From: an uncultured Caldisericales bacterium
Lineage (GTDB): Bacteria; Caldisericota; Caldisericia; JAAYUI01
Assembly (NCBI GenBank): GCA_964613055.1
Contig: CAZTGD010000005.1
Coordinates: 11,555 to 75,554 of the forward strand
Direction: 5' to 3'
DNA: 64,000 nt
A model generated the notes under the pieces. The model saw only the letters and a list, made by a program, of their open reading frames with translations, was not told the origin of the DNA and searched no databases. How positions within the stretch are numbered: position 1 is the stretch's first letter; each line of letters starts with the position of its first letter. A program made the translations under genes and the position numbers. Shown here piece by piece: positions 62,762-64,000 of this stretch.

Positions 62762-64000
62762 TCATGGTGTATAGATTATGATTACTTCTCTGTTTGTCTG
62801 ATTCCATTCAACACTGGCTCCAAAGGCTTCACCTATGAACCTTACCGGTACAAGGGTTCTTCCTGAATCAATAATAGGGGGTGAGTCGAGGCTAACTTGA
62901 ATACCGTCTACTTCAGCTGTTTCTATGCCAATCCACATGGCAACATGTTTTTCGATGCCATCAACCCCACTGAAATGTATATCTATGCGTCTTTCTTCTC
63001 CATTCCAATCGACTGTCGCCCCGAAGGCTTCGCTTATTACGCGTATGGGAACCATGGTTCTACCTGAGACGATGTTGGGTGGTACATCAAGACCAAACGC
63101 ATTACCGTCAATAACGGCGTTCGTGTCATCAATCCTTAGCTTAAGAGTCGTGTTCTCGAGTTTCTCTACTGTAACCGTCACTTCCTGACTCAATCCAAAC
63201 TGAGGTTTGATTTTAATTATACTCGTCAGCGACTGACCCGGTAAAACCTTGTTAGCCTTGCAACTGACGGTGAAGTCACCACCTTCTGGTTTGACCGTTG
63301 TACCTCTTGGATTCACATCAAGCCAGGTGTCTTCTGTTATCATGTCACAACCGATGGATTCATCAACGAGGTTCTCAAGGTGTAGTGTTAGATCGTGTTT
63401 GTCTGTGTCCCAGCAAGTCAGCTTACCGAAATCTATTCTATCAGAAGACACCTTAAAAGCTGGAATATCTGTATTCATTACGTTTACGCTGACGTTGAGT
63501 AAAAGTTCTCCGCCTACCCATTTAAAAACCACGTAATCTGCATACTCACCAGGATCTAATTCACTCGCATCTGCTGTGATACTTAATGTCACGATCTCTG
63601 TAAGGGGATCCAAAGTAAATGAACACTCAGAAATCCACGCCGGATGTTCCTTGACATCAACATTGCATCTACAGTATCTATTCATATTTGTATTAATGGT
63701 TAATGTCTTTTTATCGCCCTCAGCTATCAATCCAAAATCAATCGTATCTGATTCAAGCTCTGGTTCATCACAGATATTTACAACAGCAACACCAGCTATC
63801 TCTCCATGGTGAGCCTGGATAATGCCACGCTTGATATCTCCATTGCCTGCTGTAAAAAAACCATCTTTCGTAATCTGACCAAGTCCAGGTGGATTTACTG
63901 TCCATCTTACATCAATATTGTCCAGCTCCTGTTTTCGCATGTCATAGTTTATGAACGTAAAGTCCTGTGATTGACCTGGAACCAGAAAGGATTCAGAGGG
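62762..64000 (-). CDS. stalk-domain (copper amine oxidase N-like) surface protein, 5' end outside window
   Basis: GRTMVPIRVISEAFGA.V.W and GRTLVPVRFIGEAFGA. The frame is open to the window edge. Confidence 0.85.
   Translation of the reverse strand, partial: PSESFLVPGQSQDFTFINYDMRKQELDNIDVRWTVNPPGLGQITKDGFFTAGNGDIKRGIIQAHHGEIAGVAVVNICDEPELESDTIDFGLIAEGDKKTLTINTNMNRYCRCNVDVKEHPAWISECSFTLDPLTEIVTLSITADASELDPGEYADYVVFKWVGGELLLNVSVNVMNTDIPAFKVSSDRIDFGKLTCWDTDKHDLTLHLENLVDESIGCDMITEDTWLDVNPRGTTVKPEGGDFTVSCKANKVLPGQSLTSIIKIKPQFGLSQEVTVTVEKLENTTLKLRIDDTNAVIDGNAFGLDVPPNIVSGRTMVPIRVISEAFGATVDWNGEERRIDIHFSGVDGIEKHVAMWIGIETAEVDGIQVSLDSPPIIDSGRTLVPVRFIGEAFGASVEWNQTNREVIIIYTP

Overview
Bacterial chromosomal window from an anaerobe. 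The many 'stalk'/copper-amine-oxidase-N surface proteins and the divergent 16S suggest Caldisericota or a relative (inference, not verified). In order it holds: small housekeeping and regulatory genes, tRNA-Val(CAC), and an hppA operon with a PFK-like gene whose active-site motifs are altered; a Ser/Thr kinase-ATPase-TPR gene; an IS1595-derived cassette with a Type IIG R-M gene; a NitT/TauT-type ABC operon ending in a UGA-containing selD; a stand-alone 16S rRNA gene; a feo cluster; a decaying AT-rich island (RHS remnant, secreted M15-type peptidase, lipoproteins, a giant PHP lipoprotein split by one stop); rdgB; secreted multi-domain proteins; a LipS2-like/FAD reductase/lipoate ligase cluster; a second Type IIG R-M gene; and GerMN, M14 and VOC genes. 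The best candidate for an undescribed system is at 13653-13785. This is an unannotated leader ORF with a strong SD and two in-frame UGA codons. Each UGA is followed 16 nt later by a hairpin loop with G in position 2, the same geometry as the SECIS of selD in this operon. The second hairpin sequesters the SD of the ABC binding-protein gene. This suggests a selenocysteine-sensing leader controlling a putative selenium-uptake/selD operon.
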